64,000 nucleotides of DNA, taken from the human T2T-CHM13v2.0 reference genome, Homo sapiens. Under the pieces are notes generated by a model. That model was not told where the DNA came from, did not search any database, and was given only the letters and a program-made list of their open reading frames with translations. The first letter of the stretch is position 1, and every line of letters begins with the position of its first letter. Shown here piece after piece: positions 12,810 to 27,292 of the stretch. The stretch lies in the NCBI RefSeq assembly GCF_009914755.1, contig NC_060939.1; one strand, 5' to 3'. A program made the translations under genes and the position numbers.

Positions 12810-14705
12810 GTGAGTAGTCAATTTTGTTTAAACTTTCTATCCGCTTTTCCAAATACTGAGTATCCAAGTTCTCTGTGGCAAAGATTTTTAAATGACCACT
12901 AACACTTAGATTTTATTTCCATATTTGACTCCAAAATTCTGCAAGACATCTATTTTCTCAAGAATTGCCTGGAAAGTGCATTTATATTGCCTTTTTAATA
13001 TTTCCGAGTCTGCAACTCTCCTGGGTGTGTAGTTAATAGTCCACCATTAGTAAGTGTACCTTTAACTGGCCTGAAGTTTAATGCATTTTTTTCCTTTGCT
13101 TTTTAACACTATTATTATTATTTTTTAACTTGCTAGTACCCTACGCTAGTCCCCTGCCTGTTTACAGTTATGCCCAGTGGAAGCCAGACCTTATAAATAC
13201 CATTGCTTTGCCCTGTGTCAACACTATAAGTTATTAAAAAGCCTTCTTCCTGTTGTATTTTCTTCTCTCCTCACCCTACTCCCCTGAGATAATTTCTACA
13301 CATTGATGAATATGTTAAGTTATAAAGTTCTCCCAAATTCCAGTTGCAGTGATCTTACCCCAAAGGAATGTTCATTTTCATCTTAAAAAATGCTAGCCAT
13401 AAAAAATAGTTCTCCGACAGGGAGGTCTTCTCATGCAGTAGTGCAAAGTTTAAACTACATAATGTAATATCTGGTACTTAATAGTCTGCAATGGTGTATG
13501 AAAAATATTCCACTAGGAATTAAAAAATCCATACTCTGTAAGAAAGCCCTGAGGGAATAATAAAACTTTCCTCCAGAGAGCTGGTTTTCCATGTATACAC
13601 TAATCCTGCATCACATTATGGTTGTGATATTAGATCACAACCACAGATACTTTAACATTGATATTAATATGTATTTCCAGAGTTGTAAAATAATTAACTT
13701 ATTTTCTAATTGGTTACCCATGTTCTTAGAATTTTAAGTTCTGACTAACCACATGAATACACATAAAAATTGCCCTATTCTATGACCATGAAGGTTCACA
13801 TCCTAAAAATCCCAGAACATCCCCTACTCATTGATGCAGCCTTGGTATAGAATTTGATTTCTCAGGCTTAGAAGCTCTTTTGAAGTAATCTGATCCAGTC
13901 ACCCATTCAGGGCTTCAGTGCCCTTTGCAGATACAGCCAAGATGTGAGTCCTTTCTCCTGAATATAGTCCTTTAAGAACTTATGTTCACATGTTTGGATT
14001 GTTTTTTCCTGCAGATGACTGAGTATTGTGAACAGTTGGTCTGAAAATGAAGTTCTTCCACTATGATAATTCAGAGAAATAAATAATAACATGTTTCTTA
14101 CATGTTCCTTGGGCCTTGGGCCTGGCCCTTAAAATTGAGGTCCAATGTGTCTAATGATTTTTGCGGCTACTATTCTCTTTCCCTGGATCATACTAGCGTT
14201 CCTTCCCACGCAACCTCCACTATAAACGGTATCTTTTCATCTTAGTCTTCTCTTCCTTACGATCTGACTTAGATTTTTCCTGTGTTCTGAAGGTACTTAA
14301 GTTCAGGTACCCATAGAAAGGAAAGAGGAAGAAGGAACATGTATACTCTGATTTGCTTCTATTGAGTTCCCTGGAGGGAGCACTTTTCAAAGCTTGAACC
14401 TTTCTTCTTAATGCCTTTATGCTGATAGCCAAATATAATAAAACAGGAAAGATTTCTGGCAACTCTTTGTATTCCTTTTATTTGCTTCAAATGGAATTAA
14501 AAAATGTTTATTTAGACTCCTAACCTACTTATCTGTGTTATTTCACCAAACCTTTAGTTTTATATTAATTGAAGGTCTATTGTGAATTTATTTTCCTAGC
14601 TTATTTCTAGAAGGGAAGAAGCATAAGACCATGAAACCCCAGCAGAATTTTTACGAGACATAATATTCTAGATGTTGACATTTTAATCCTTTATTTTAAA
14701 ACATA

Positions 14706-15011
14706 GGTTTGTTTGTTTGTTGGTTGGTTTGTTTATTTTGAGATGGAGTCTCGCTCTGTTGCCCAGGCTGGAGTGCAGTGGCACGATCTCAGCTCAGTGC
14801 AACCTCTGCCTCCCAGGATTCTCCTGCCTCAGCCTCCCAAGCAGTTGGGATTACAGGCGTACGCCACCATGCCCAGCTAATTTTTGTATTTTTAGTAGAG
14901 ATGGGGTTTCACTATATTGGCCAGACTGGTCTCGAGCTCCTGACCTCGTGATTCACCTGCCTTGGCCTCCCAAAGTGCTGGGATTACAGGAGTGAGCCAC
15001 CAGACCTGGCC
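14706..15011 (-). mobile_element. AluS
   Basis: Reverse Alu with (TTTG)n tail. Confidence 0.92.
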
Positions 15012-15112
15012 AGGTTTATTTTTTAAAAGAGGGAGTATACAGAGAAGTGGAAAAAACATGCCCATCCCCCAAGGGAAAATTACAACATGAAATTATGTTA
15101 ATGTTGTTTTTA

Positions 15113-15302
15113 AAATTGTTATTTTAAATTGTGGTGAAATACACATAACTCAAGTTAACATTTTAACCATATTTAAGTGTATAGTTAGTGGCATTAAGTA
15201 CATTCACATTGTTGGCAACTGTTAACACCATTCATCCACAGAACTCTTCGTCTTGTGTAATCGAAACTCTGCACCCATTAAACAGTAACTCCTCCATCAC
15301 TC
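15113..15302 (-). mobile_element. L1M (L1MA/MB-type) 3' end, 5'-truncated, with intact TSD
   Basis: Reverse L1M 3'UTR (gtggcattaagtacattcacattgtt); TSD TGTTAATGTTGTTTTTA at 15096-15112 and 15303-15319. Confidence 0.85.
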
Positions 15303-16524
15303 TGTTAATGTTGTTTTTAGCTAAGAAGCATGGCTAGAACTTCTCCTTTAATTAGGGCTACTATGTCAAAGGGACCATTCTTCTATATGTCCTTGCCACA
15401 AGTTTTTTAATTTGCTAGAATGCTGTGTGTAACGTTAGGAATTTATCCTAAGAGCTCATTTAGCTACCGTTGCTAATGCTCACTGTGAGTGTTGTAAGAT
15501 GTAATGTTTTTGACAGGATTGCTTATAGATGGTGAATGACAGTATCCTGATAATTTTCATTCTTATATAGTAGATTTCTTATAAAAAGAAATTTCATTTA
15601 CCTTATTGCCTGTGTGATTCTTGAGAGGGGCGGTGAAGATACCAAATTGCATAACCGCTTGTCATTGATCATTGGGCATCATTTTTGCTCAGGCTTCAGC
15701 TTGTATTATTGTTCTTATATCCCTGGCTTTTAGTACAGTGCAAAGAAATGATATAATCATTGATAAATGAGGATCCACTTTACTAAAGTCTCTATAAAAC
15801 TAAGTGTTTGATGTGTTATGATTGAGTTTCTTCTACACTAAGTTCACCTTAATGGTGTTGATGATAAAAAATATGGTTTTTCAAACAGCATGATTACATT
15901 ATAGGCTATGCTACATAAACTAGATGAAGAAAATATTGGAAAATCCACTCATTGGTAACAAAACTGCCTAATAGGCTTATTCCATTTTTTTCTTTAAAGT
16001 GTAATAAAGCTAATAAGTGCAAAGCAAAAGTTTAATAATGCAGTCTTATTCACTTCACTTGATGGAATGTTGGGAATTTCAAGGGATATTATAATCGTGT
16101 AATTACAATGTATATGATTTAACAGTTGATACATTTTCCTCCTTTAAGTGTAGATATCCTTCACAGTTGTACAATATGAAATTCTGGCCCCAGACATTTA
16201 AACCAAATGGTAATGTGAATTCTGTGTGCTGTCTCCTGACGAGCTGTGCTCTATATTATGAGAGTGACTTAGGCAGGTAATTTTAAGTTGGTATTTCTTG
16301 GATTACTAATTTGGGCTACATGGAACATAAAGGAAATACCTTAAAGTATGGCCCAAGCCTAGGAAGAAGAAAAGTTTAGGAAAAGATAATGAATGTATTT
16401 TCCTTGTTGCCTCATTTCCTAAAGTGCTGCAAGTTGCTCCAAAAAAATAAATTCAGGAAAGACACATGTTCTATTTCCCTCTGAGAGATTCATAATGAAT
16501 TTCAAAAACTTTGAGAAAGTAGAG

Positions 16525-17412
<888 letters not shown>

Positions 17413-20400
17413 AGCCATGGGACTCTTTTTGATAAACATCTCACAGAATTATAGTTGTGTTGAACTAACTTTGAGAAATTCTGCCTTTATATTATACACA
17501 TTATACTTCTGTATTTTCTTCTATTCTGTAGTTGCTTAATGAATCATGATATCTTATGTATTATCTTAAATACAATGATTTTTTAAAGTTTCAAAGTATT
17601 TTTAATCCTAATTTATTTTCAGATTGCTATAGGACAGCTGGGTTAAGCCCATTTTACCACTGAAAAAACTGGGGCTTATCATGTGGCCATTCAGCAGCAA
17701 AGCCAGATTTCTATACAGCATTTCTTTTCTTTTTGCTTGGTGTTCTTCCCCCAGGCAGTGTTGTCTCAAGGTCAAGCAGAGTCCATTTTGTTTTCTTGTG
17801 TTTTCTCATGTACCCAGCACAGTTTTAAGGATAAAATAGACCCTTGGTACATCTTGGCTAAAATGAGAATGAGGCAAGTGGAGGTTTTAGTGGGGCTCTT
17901 TCATTGGATCTTCCTCATATCTAGCTACTTTGCGAGGCTGTACAATTGTTGTAGAACATTCACCTAGAAGAAAAAGAATATCCACACTGAGGAGATTGAT
18001 ATTCGAATGATTAACTTTCTTTAAAATGTTAAAACCTTCAGTGCTTAGTATCTGTTGACTCACTAGTTACTGTCTCTTTTTCTTGGGTAGTATGTCATAT
18101 GGAAATAAAAGTAATTAACAGGCATAGTTACTTTGGAAACATTGTTTGATTCCAAAGCCAGTCTCTCAGACTCTGCTTCCTTGGCATATCATTTGATGGA
18201 GTCACTCAAACTTTGGATCTAGAAATGAAGTAATATTTAACTTTTAGGATTAAATCATAGTAAGTCAGTTAGCCAGCAATCACTGAAAGATTATCTTTTA
18301 TATTATTTTTTCCTTAATGCCAGTTATTCAAGCCAAGACTCATATTTTCAGCTTTGGGGCCAGATAATCTAGTCTCAAGATGTTTGAAAACTGAATTTTC
18401 TATCTCCAGCTCCTTCCCACAGGATAGAGTAAGAGTCTGATCTGGACTTGAGGTAGAATTTTCTCAGTGATACAATGGGTAGTATATATACTGCCTTCAA
18501 GGTGTTTTGAAGGTTGAATGTATACCATTACTTAGGAATTAATTTGAACCTATCTAGAGACAATAAGAGGAGGGAAGGAATTGTCATTCTCAAAGATGCT
18601 GGTCTCTCCTCCTTTCTGTTGCCTTATCTAAAAAGAGGTATTTGCTGGGCAGTGGGCTGGGGATGGTCCTTGGAGGTGGTAACTGAGATCCTGTGGCCTA
18701 TTAGGTTGTGTTTTGCACTTGTGATTTGACTGTAGAGGCCAACTAAAACATTAAATTACTGTTTGGGAGCTGGAATCATATTAGCTCATTATAGTAATAT
18801 GATTTATTTAATGAAAATTAGAAGGACTGATGGTCATTTGTATAAAATGAGAAAATACATAAATTGTCTAGTTAAATGCTATTTAGTAAACAGAATATTT
18901 CAAAACATGGAATTCCTTAGGGGAAACAGAATGAAAAGAGTCCTTGGTGGTGAAAATATTGGGAACCACATAGTACCCAGAAAACCTTGACTTCCTCTTT
19001 CACCAACCAACCTGAAGGTGTGAAACTTAAAGAGGGAGCAAGAGGTCTGGACCCAGCTTCGCTTGTGGCTGTGTTAGTGGCCCTACTCCTTTATATATTT
19101 TTGCATGATGTGTATCTTGTAAATTAAGAGTAGTTTTTAAATGGTTTTAAAATTGACCTGAGAGCTAGAATGATGGTTTGATTTATTTTGACTTTAAATT
19201 TCTAATCACTTAAGGAGTCTTTTCCTTGCAGCCAAGATCATATTTTAAAGAAGCAAACAAGACATCATCCTAATGCAAAATTAAATATTTGTATATGACT
19301 GGATTGCATTATAGTATCGTGACAAGCAAGGATATTAATGTTTTCAGAAAATCAATGAATATTTGTCAAATAAAATTAATTATGTATGTTTCCTTCTCTC
19401 CTTCTCTCAGCATTCATTGTTACAGGTTTGTTTCATACGATAATGTATATTTTATTGATTCGAATCTAAGGAATGAACCTGAGCTCATGGTTCTCTGTAC
19501 CTTTCCCACCTTTGCTTTTCCCCACCTCTCCATGTTCCTGTAACTTCATACATGCTCATATCCATTATGGCAATGATGTATTATTGGCATCCAGCCAACA
19601 TGACAGGATGTCACAGGTCGCTGAGCAGAGATTTTCAGACTCAGTTTCCACCCGAATTAACTATTATTGAAATAGTTTATTGAGATTGAAGTATTGATCA
19701 TTTTCTGCTAACCTTGGCTTAAGGGAAGGAAGAAGAGGCAGTAGTGTTTTTGAAAGACACTAAATTTCATTTTTAAAAATCTCATTTATTTAGCCTTTTT
19801 TTCTTTCTGTTTTATAGCCTTTATTGTTTTATTGCTTGGAAAAGGGTATCTTGGTTTTATTTTTTATGATAGTATAATTATACTTCAGAAATGCACTTGA
19901 TTACTATGGGTAACAAAATTGTTCTAGTATATTGGTTTGGCCAATATTGCTATACAAACAACTTTTCAGTCAATTGAGTCTGGTAAAAATCAATACGTTA
20001 TGGTAATATTTCAAGTAAGAATTTGCTGAATCTAAGTGTTTCAACTTCATCTCCTCTCAGAGAAAAAAATAGTTTTGAAGTGGCAAGACTTCTTTCTAAT
20101 ATTTTAGTAACAATTTTTTATTTATAAAGACGTTTAAAGTCCCCAGCAAAAGTGGTTGTGATCAGGTAAACATTACATTAGCGCACTTCCGTGTTGTAGG
20201 GTGTAAGAGATCTAATTTCCATTTGAATCTATTCCCTGCCACACCAAGAAGGCATAACATCAGGGACTGACATAGTGTCTGTCACTTTTGGATTCTGGAT
20301 TCCTGTATGTAGTTCTGGGTGCTGAGTTTACAGACATATGGACAGTTCAGAGAGCACCCAGAGGAGCAATGGAGAGAATAATGAGGGATTGGGGAATTGT

Positions 20401-20414
20401 GTCTGTTCAGTCCT

Positions 20415-20710
20415 CCTTCATTCATCTGTCCAGCAGCCAAGTTCTGAGCATGTGCTGTGTGGAGGGCGTGTCAGATGTTGGGGACAGCCTAGCCTCATAA
20501 AACTTGTGTCTGGATAGATGAGGAAGTTCTGTTCTCAGGTATGCACAGGACCCCACAGTCTGGGGCCACCTGTCTGTGTGTATGGTGCACAGATCTGGGG
20601 GGCTAAGGAAGAACTGATGGCTTTTAGCTTTTTCCTCAGGAAGGATCAGGAAAGGCCTCATGGAGGAACTGGCATTTGAGCTGAGAAGTGTTTGAAAGGA
20701 ATTGGCTAAC
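20415..20710 (-). mobile_element. L2 fragment
   Basis: cattcat...ttctgagcatgtgctgtgt and atcaggaaaggcctcatggagga are reverse L2 3' motifs. Confidence 0.6.
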
Positions 20711-21284
20711 TTTTCTCTGAGAAAGAGAAGATTAAAGGGCTCCATGACAGCTGACTTAAAGTCTGAAGGGCATTTCTGTAGATGAGGAGCAGGTTTGCTT
20801 TGTGTTCTTCTGAATACTAGACACAAAGGGCCTGTCTTGAATGTCTCTGTGACAGTCGGCCTTTGGTTAGAGTGATTAATGTACTCTTTCTACTCTTGTT
20901 CCCACTGGGTTGTGTTCCCTGGAGGAGAGTCATGTCTAGGTTACCTTGGTGGGAGTCCTCACAGGGCCAGCACGGTGCCTTACCTACTGTAGGCACTTAG
21001 TGAGTGTTTCAGGAATTTACCTGCAGAGGCAGATTCTTCACAGCCTAAGGATGGACACAATGTGTTGTTCATTGCTGGGTGACTCTGGGAAGTGGTGAAC
21101 TCCTCTACCTTAAGCAGAATGATGTGGCTGTTGTTCAGAACTGCTGAGAAAAGAATTCCCACTTTGACCTGGACATGAGATGACTGCACAGGTGTCTCCC
21201 AAGCCTAAAGTCCCAGAACTAAATTCAGCATTCAGTTACCATAAAAACCTTATATCAGGTGTTGCTTGGTTTTGTTTAGTCTAT

Positions 21285-21985
21285 ATTCATTTTTCACTGA
21301 ACATCCTGTCACTGTGCCAAGGACTATTCCAAGCATGTACAGTCCAGTTGTGAACAAGATAGGCAAGGTCCCTATCCAGAACTCACACTAGTGGGGCAAA
21401 CAATAATCAAGACAATAAACACTGAAGTAAGATTATAGAATCTATAGGTCTATAGATTCTATAGACCTATTCTATAGACCTATTCTATAGGTCTATAGAT
21501 TCTGTAGACCTATTCTATAGGTCTATAGATTCTGTAGACCTATTCTATAGGTCTATAGATTCTGTAGACCTATTCTATAGGTCTATAGATTCTGTAGACC
21601 TATTCTATAGGTCTATAGAATCTGTAGACCTATTCTATAGGTCTATAGATTCTGTAGACCTATTCTATAGGTCTATAGATTCTGTAGACCTATTCTATAG
21701 GTCTATAGAATAGACTTTGCATATTCTATAAAAAATGTAGAAGAGGTGCTCAGGAAGACCTATCTGAGGAGGTGCTGTTTGAGCTGAGACCTAAAGACAG
21801 GATGGAATCAGTATGGGAAAATCTGGGAGAAGAACCTTATAGGCAGAAGTAACCACTCAGGCGGAAGCCCTAAGATTAAGATAGGCATGAACTTGTGTAA
21901 TTGGAGTAGAATAAGCTCTGGGGAAGGTGTAGAGATGGACAGGGCTTGATCATGCTGGGTCTTTTAGTCCTTAGTAAATCCTTGC
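21285..21985 (-). mobile_element. L2 fragment hosting the palindromic VNTR
   Basis: ttcactgaacatcc..ctgtgccaagg, gtgaacaagatagg and ctctgaggaggtg..tttgagctgagacct-like reverse L2 motifs. Confidence 0.7.
21433..21712. repeat. 30-bp palindromic minisatellite (TATTCTATAGGTCTATAGATTCTGTAGACC)n
   Basis: Seven near-identical units at 21481-21690 (one T>A variant), plus degenerate flanking units. Confidence 0.97.
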
Positions 21986-24900
21986 TAAGAAGGTATGTTA
22001 CCCTCTTTTTACTTATGAGAAAGATAACGTTTGGAAGGGCTAAGTGGCATGCCCAAGATCAAGTCAAGAATAAAACTTAGGTCTTCTGACACCTGCTTCC
22101 CAAGCCAAGGTTTTTCTGTTTGCCATTCACTCTCTGAATTTCCTAACTATTAACCCAAGTTATTTTTGGATGTAAGATATAAAATTAGTGTATAAATTTG
22201 AAAGTCAATGATGTATCATCTCTAGGTGTTAATTTTAGAGGCTTTTTAGTAGATGTTAAAACGTCCACTTCTTGGCTGACAGTTATGACAACATAACTTG
22301 TTATTTGGTCTACCCTTTGGGTGTCCTTATTTACCAAAAACTTATAATTTAATAATTGAATCCCTGGATTAAATGTATGGTTGTGCTAGCAGGGGTGGTC
22401 TATTTCTTGATTTATAAGACACGTTACTTTTTTATAGCTATTTTACAGTATTTGATGTGTTCGAAAATCGTAGTCTCTTGGTTGGCATATTGCACAAGCA
22501 AATATTTGTGTACCATAGCATCTAGGGTATTTACTTAAATTGCTTTTTTGGAAAATAATTCACTGGAAAGTCCAAAAGGCATTTACCGCGTATAACTTTC
22601 TGCCACAGTTTTTTTTTCTTTGCTCTGTCATTGGTTACTTTGATGTAGGGGACCATGTTTCTGTTAAATTGCTGTCTTACTAGAGTGAAATATGTTTAGG
22701 TTCTGATTTGTACACTAACGTTGAATTGGAGGAGCAGTTTGCAAAATTTGAGGGGGAATAGCAGTAGAGATTTAGGTTGTGGGTATTAAGCATTAAATTT
22801 TTTTAAAAAAACATTAATTTGCTTTTTAAATGTGACTTTATATCATGTTGTCTTCTTGACCCTAAAATTTCCTTACTTTTCCTTGTCAGTATGGCAAAAA
22901 GAAAGAGAGAGTACAGTGGTATTGCTGAAAGCAGTTAATGGTTTTTGTCTTGTGAATTTAAATAATAAAATGAAAAATGTTCACACAAAATTAGAACTTG
23001 CTTTAGGGCACAATCAATATAGCATTTTAACAAGCTTAATGTATTTGGAAGATATGTATTGTGTGAGGTTCTCAAACATACTGATTCTATTACGACGGTT
23101 AACTGTAGCAGCAAAATGTATCAATATACTTAGCCAATAAACATAAAACTTATTAAATCATAATTAAATTTTCAGAAAAGTTATCTAAAAATTATGAATA
23201 AAATATATTTTACATGGCCTCAGCAACAAAATATATAGCCAATGAAACTTTATAAGTGGTGGGGTAAAATACATGGGATAAAATTATAGAATGAATTTTT
23301 ACCATAGACACATGTACCGAGTTAAGTTTGTGTACACCATTTGTTTCTCCTCTCTTTTAACTTCTTTTGGAGGTAATTCTTAGTGAGTATTTGCAGAGCA
23401 CAACAGCTGGGGTAACTGACCGAAGGGGCAAATGAGAAGTTTCCCTGCTCCTTTGGAGTCTCAAGTGAAATGTTTCAAAGCCCTACCTGCCCTTATACGT
23501 GGAAGATGCCAAGAGGTACTCAGAGTCACTGTGGTTGCATTTACATTTCTACAGTGGGCGCCAATCACAAGCTTCATGTTATGGCCCCAGCTGTGTGGGA
23601 ATGTAGCTGAGCACACTAGGTATCGTCATCCTCATTTGATTTATGAAGAAATGGAAACACAGATAAATGAATGGATTTCCCTGAGGATTCAGACCAAGTC
23701 AAGGATAAGATCACCACTGAAACCCAGGCTTTTTTAATTCTTAGTCCTTTCCCAATGCCATTCCTGGTAAATAATTACATTTTGGCTCTAAGAGGAGCTA
23801 GAATAAACAGAATATATGCAAACCTAAGAATTTCTGCCAGCAATCTCTAGCAGATATACTTCAGCTGTACTTTGAATTTTTATTTTGTGCACCAGGCACA
23901 TGTATCTTATAGATGACCAATATGAACAAACAGCTGTCTCCCTTCCTCCCTCCTTCCTTGGAACGTGTAATCTCTGAATAACTGATTAGCTCAATGTCAG
24001 AAATGTTTGTGCTGATCTCTGAACCTCAGTCAGTTCAACACATGACTTCCTGGAAATTTTATCTTTGGTTTTCTTTTTTTTTTTTTTTTTTCACTGCCAT
24101 GATTTTGTGAGTTAGTTTATGAGTGTATTTAAATCATTTCTGGAATCTAAATATTTTGGACTTGCTGGTCTTTATAAGGAAGTTAGTTTCCCTCCTCTCA
24201 CATAGACCTCTTTCTGCTTTCTCCTATCTAACATATTTTAAGAGTATATGTGACACCGTTAAGTTTTAATCTTCTAAATGGATTGGAGAATAACACCTTC
24301 CCTTGACTAACCTCAAAGGATTTTTAAAAACAGAATGTTGCCTAATTTTTGAGGGAGAATGTTCTAACACAGTTTATATATTTTTGTAACTCAACAAAGG
24401 TATCTCATAAAGAACATTGGTGGAATTGGGTTTTAAAGTCCAAATACTTTCCTTCTGTTGTCCAGAACATAGCTCCTCAACCTAGAGGCATAGTGTCATG
24501 TGCAGTGAAGTCACTCAAATTCCTTCTTATTATTGGTTTGAAGATGACTGTCCCTGGATGGTATAAGATATGATGGTAGTTTGTGTCGTTCAGTTTTTAC
24601 GTTAAAGGAAAAAGTCTCTCCTGGTTTCTTTTGACCCTAGTCATGATATGCCCATTTCATGAAGTCTTTTATGCACAAAAGTGCACAAAATGAAGATAAA
24701 GTGCCTCTCTCCAGCCTGACAAAAGCCATTTCTTTGCAGAATGGTAGCTGCAGCGAAAGTAAATAAATGAATGGACAGCAATCACAGCCTAGTTGATGAA
24801 ACTGTTCAATTAAAGCACAGGCATTTACATGGTGTAATTTCCCTAAATTGCCAATGAGCCCCTTTAGACACAACCAGTGTTCAAATTGATTTCAGCATTG

Positions 24901-26094
24901 ATTTTGGCTGAAGCTGATAAATTTCTGCTTGTTAGTTAAAGTAATTTTGCAGAAGACTTTGTACTGCAGTATTGAAGTGTTCATTTAGCTGATAGTTAGG
25001 AGTTATTTACAGAGGCCTCTACTGTTGTTCTGAGATGGGACAATTCCCCAATCATCTTTTACTTTTAATTTTTCAGGCTTCAGTATACCAATCAATAGGT
25101 GATTGAAACTGATTAAAACTTATCCAACCAGCTGCCTATGGCAGTTTAATTAGAAGCTGGATGATTCTTAAATTAAAGTTGTCTTATTTTCATTGCAAAG
25201 CCATCTTCCAGAAGAGTAAGGCAAGAACAGTGCAGAAAACTTAAAAGACTGGCTTTGCTAAGGTATCTTGCAAATGTTAAATCACTCAATAGCTATTCCT
25301 AAGACAATTCAAAAATGTATCAGAGAGTTTGCTTTTATGGAGATTAGAAGTAATAACATGCTTACTTGCCAGCCAAGGAATGTTTGTTTCATTCGGTCAG
25401 AGAGATTACCTATTGTATAATGATACATGTGAAAGACCAGCTGTTTGGGATATATCTATTATCTCATAAGCAAGATGAATGCTTGAGCTTAGTTTTAAAC
25501 ACTGTAATGCAGGATGAAACTAGCCATGATGATATCCTCTGCATCTGCCCCCTGGAAACCATCAGCTTTGAATTTATATTTTTATTCTGTTTTGAGGTCT
25601 TGATTAAAATAAATCTCCATTGAATGAAAAACAAATATTTTTATATAAGTTCATGTTGACTTGTCAACAGTATTGTGGGCAGGATTATAGAAGAGAGATT
25701 TTTGCTCCTCTTCAGCTCCCTAGGGAAGCTTCTCCATACTCATTTTATCTAGTGTGGACAATTTCTTGAGTTTTTAATGGAAACGGGTTAATATTTTTGT
25801 CATAGGGGACATATTACATCTGATATTACGGGGAAGAAGGGAAGAAATGGCTCACTTTTCAGAGGTGCATTTACTCTTTGACCCACTAGGGTACTATTTA
25901 GTGTTCTAGAAGAGGTAATTTAGTAAATTGTACCCCAGTGGCCTGAAAAAGTTAATGCAACTCTGAAAAGTGAGCCATTCAATCGATTTTCCCTATTGCT
26001 TTTAAAAAATCAACACTGACCATATCCAGAGAATGTTGAAGACAACTGAAATTAGAGGATCTAGAAGCAACCAGTTTATTTTCACACAAAGCTT

Positions 26095-26325
26095 GTTGGG
26101 ACATGCACTGGATTTGGCTTCAGAGGACCCAGATCTACTTCCCACTCCAGTACTTACAGATAGGAATCGTGAAGCATTCAGTAACCTCACCAAGCCTTGG
26201 TTTCCTTGTCTATAAAGTGGTGATAATAATAATATTTACCTCACAAATTTTTGTGGAAATCAAATAGCTTTACTATATGTAAAATGTTTTATAAACTATA
26301 AAGCACAATAGAATATTAATTATTA
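26095..26325 (+). mobile_element. MIR
   Basis: Degenerate MIR core and 3' end. Confidence 0.65.
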
Positions 26326-26985
26326 GAATAAGGAGGTTTTCTGAAGTAGCCATTTATGTATCTGATTTTGGAAAGTAATTTATTGTTAGTTTTCCCAGAA
26401 ACTGTGAGCAAAGATTAGATGGTTATCACGTTGTTTCAAGAGAGAGTTTCCTAGCTAGTCAATCCTCAGGGTATTTCTATTTTCCCCCACATATATTGCC
26501 TAACAATTCCAGTTCTTTCATTCCTTCTCATCATTAGGCTTTATATCTCTTGCTTCTCTGTTTGCCCACTACATTATTTCAGAATCCTTGATCAAGAGAT
26601 CAGAATGACTATAGTTTCCTTGATCTCAGAGGTATTTAGACCATATATTAAAAGACATTACTCTAGTTGATGTGGAGAGTGTTAAAAGCTTGAATCAGGC
26701 CACATCAACTTGTGGAAGAAATATGGAGGTAGTGATGACCACATTAACTCTGAGGCAGGTATGGGAATAAAAAGGGGTATATAGCCGGAGTAAACAGAAA
26801 GAAGAAATGGCAAATGTAGAGTTACAGTAGCTTTCTCTTATTGAAAATCTTTCTAATCTAGCCAAGTTCCCTATATCATTCATTAGGTTGATTTATGAGC
26901 CCTATGTACAATCAGTTATCTTGAAATTAATATCTGTGACCTCATAACATATTTGACTTGAGACCTAAACAGTATGAGGGGCTCT

Positions 26986-27292
<307 letters not shown>

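Noticed and set aside
12561-12867. Antisense ORFs overlapping exon 8
   Set aside because: Short and featureless; explained as chance frames opposite the real exon and its pyrimidine tract.
21433-21712. CRISPR-like palindromic 30-bp repeats
   Set aside because: Units are contiguous with no unique spacers, there are no cas genes and the context is a primate intron. It is a minisatellite.
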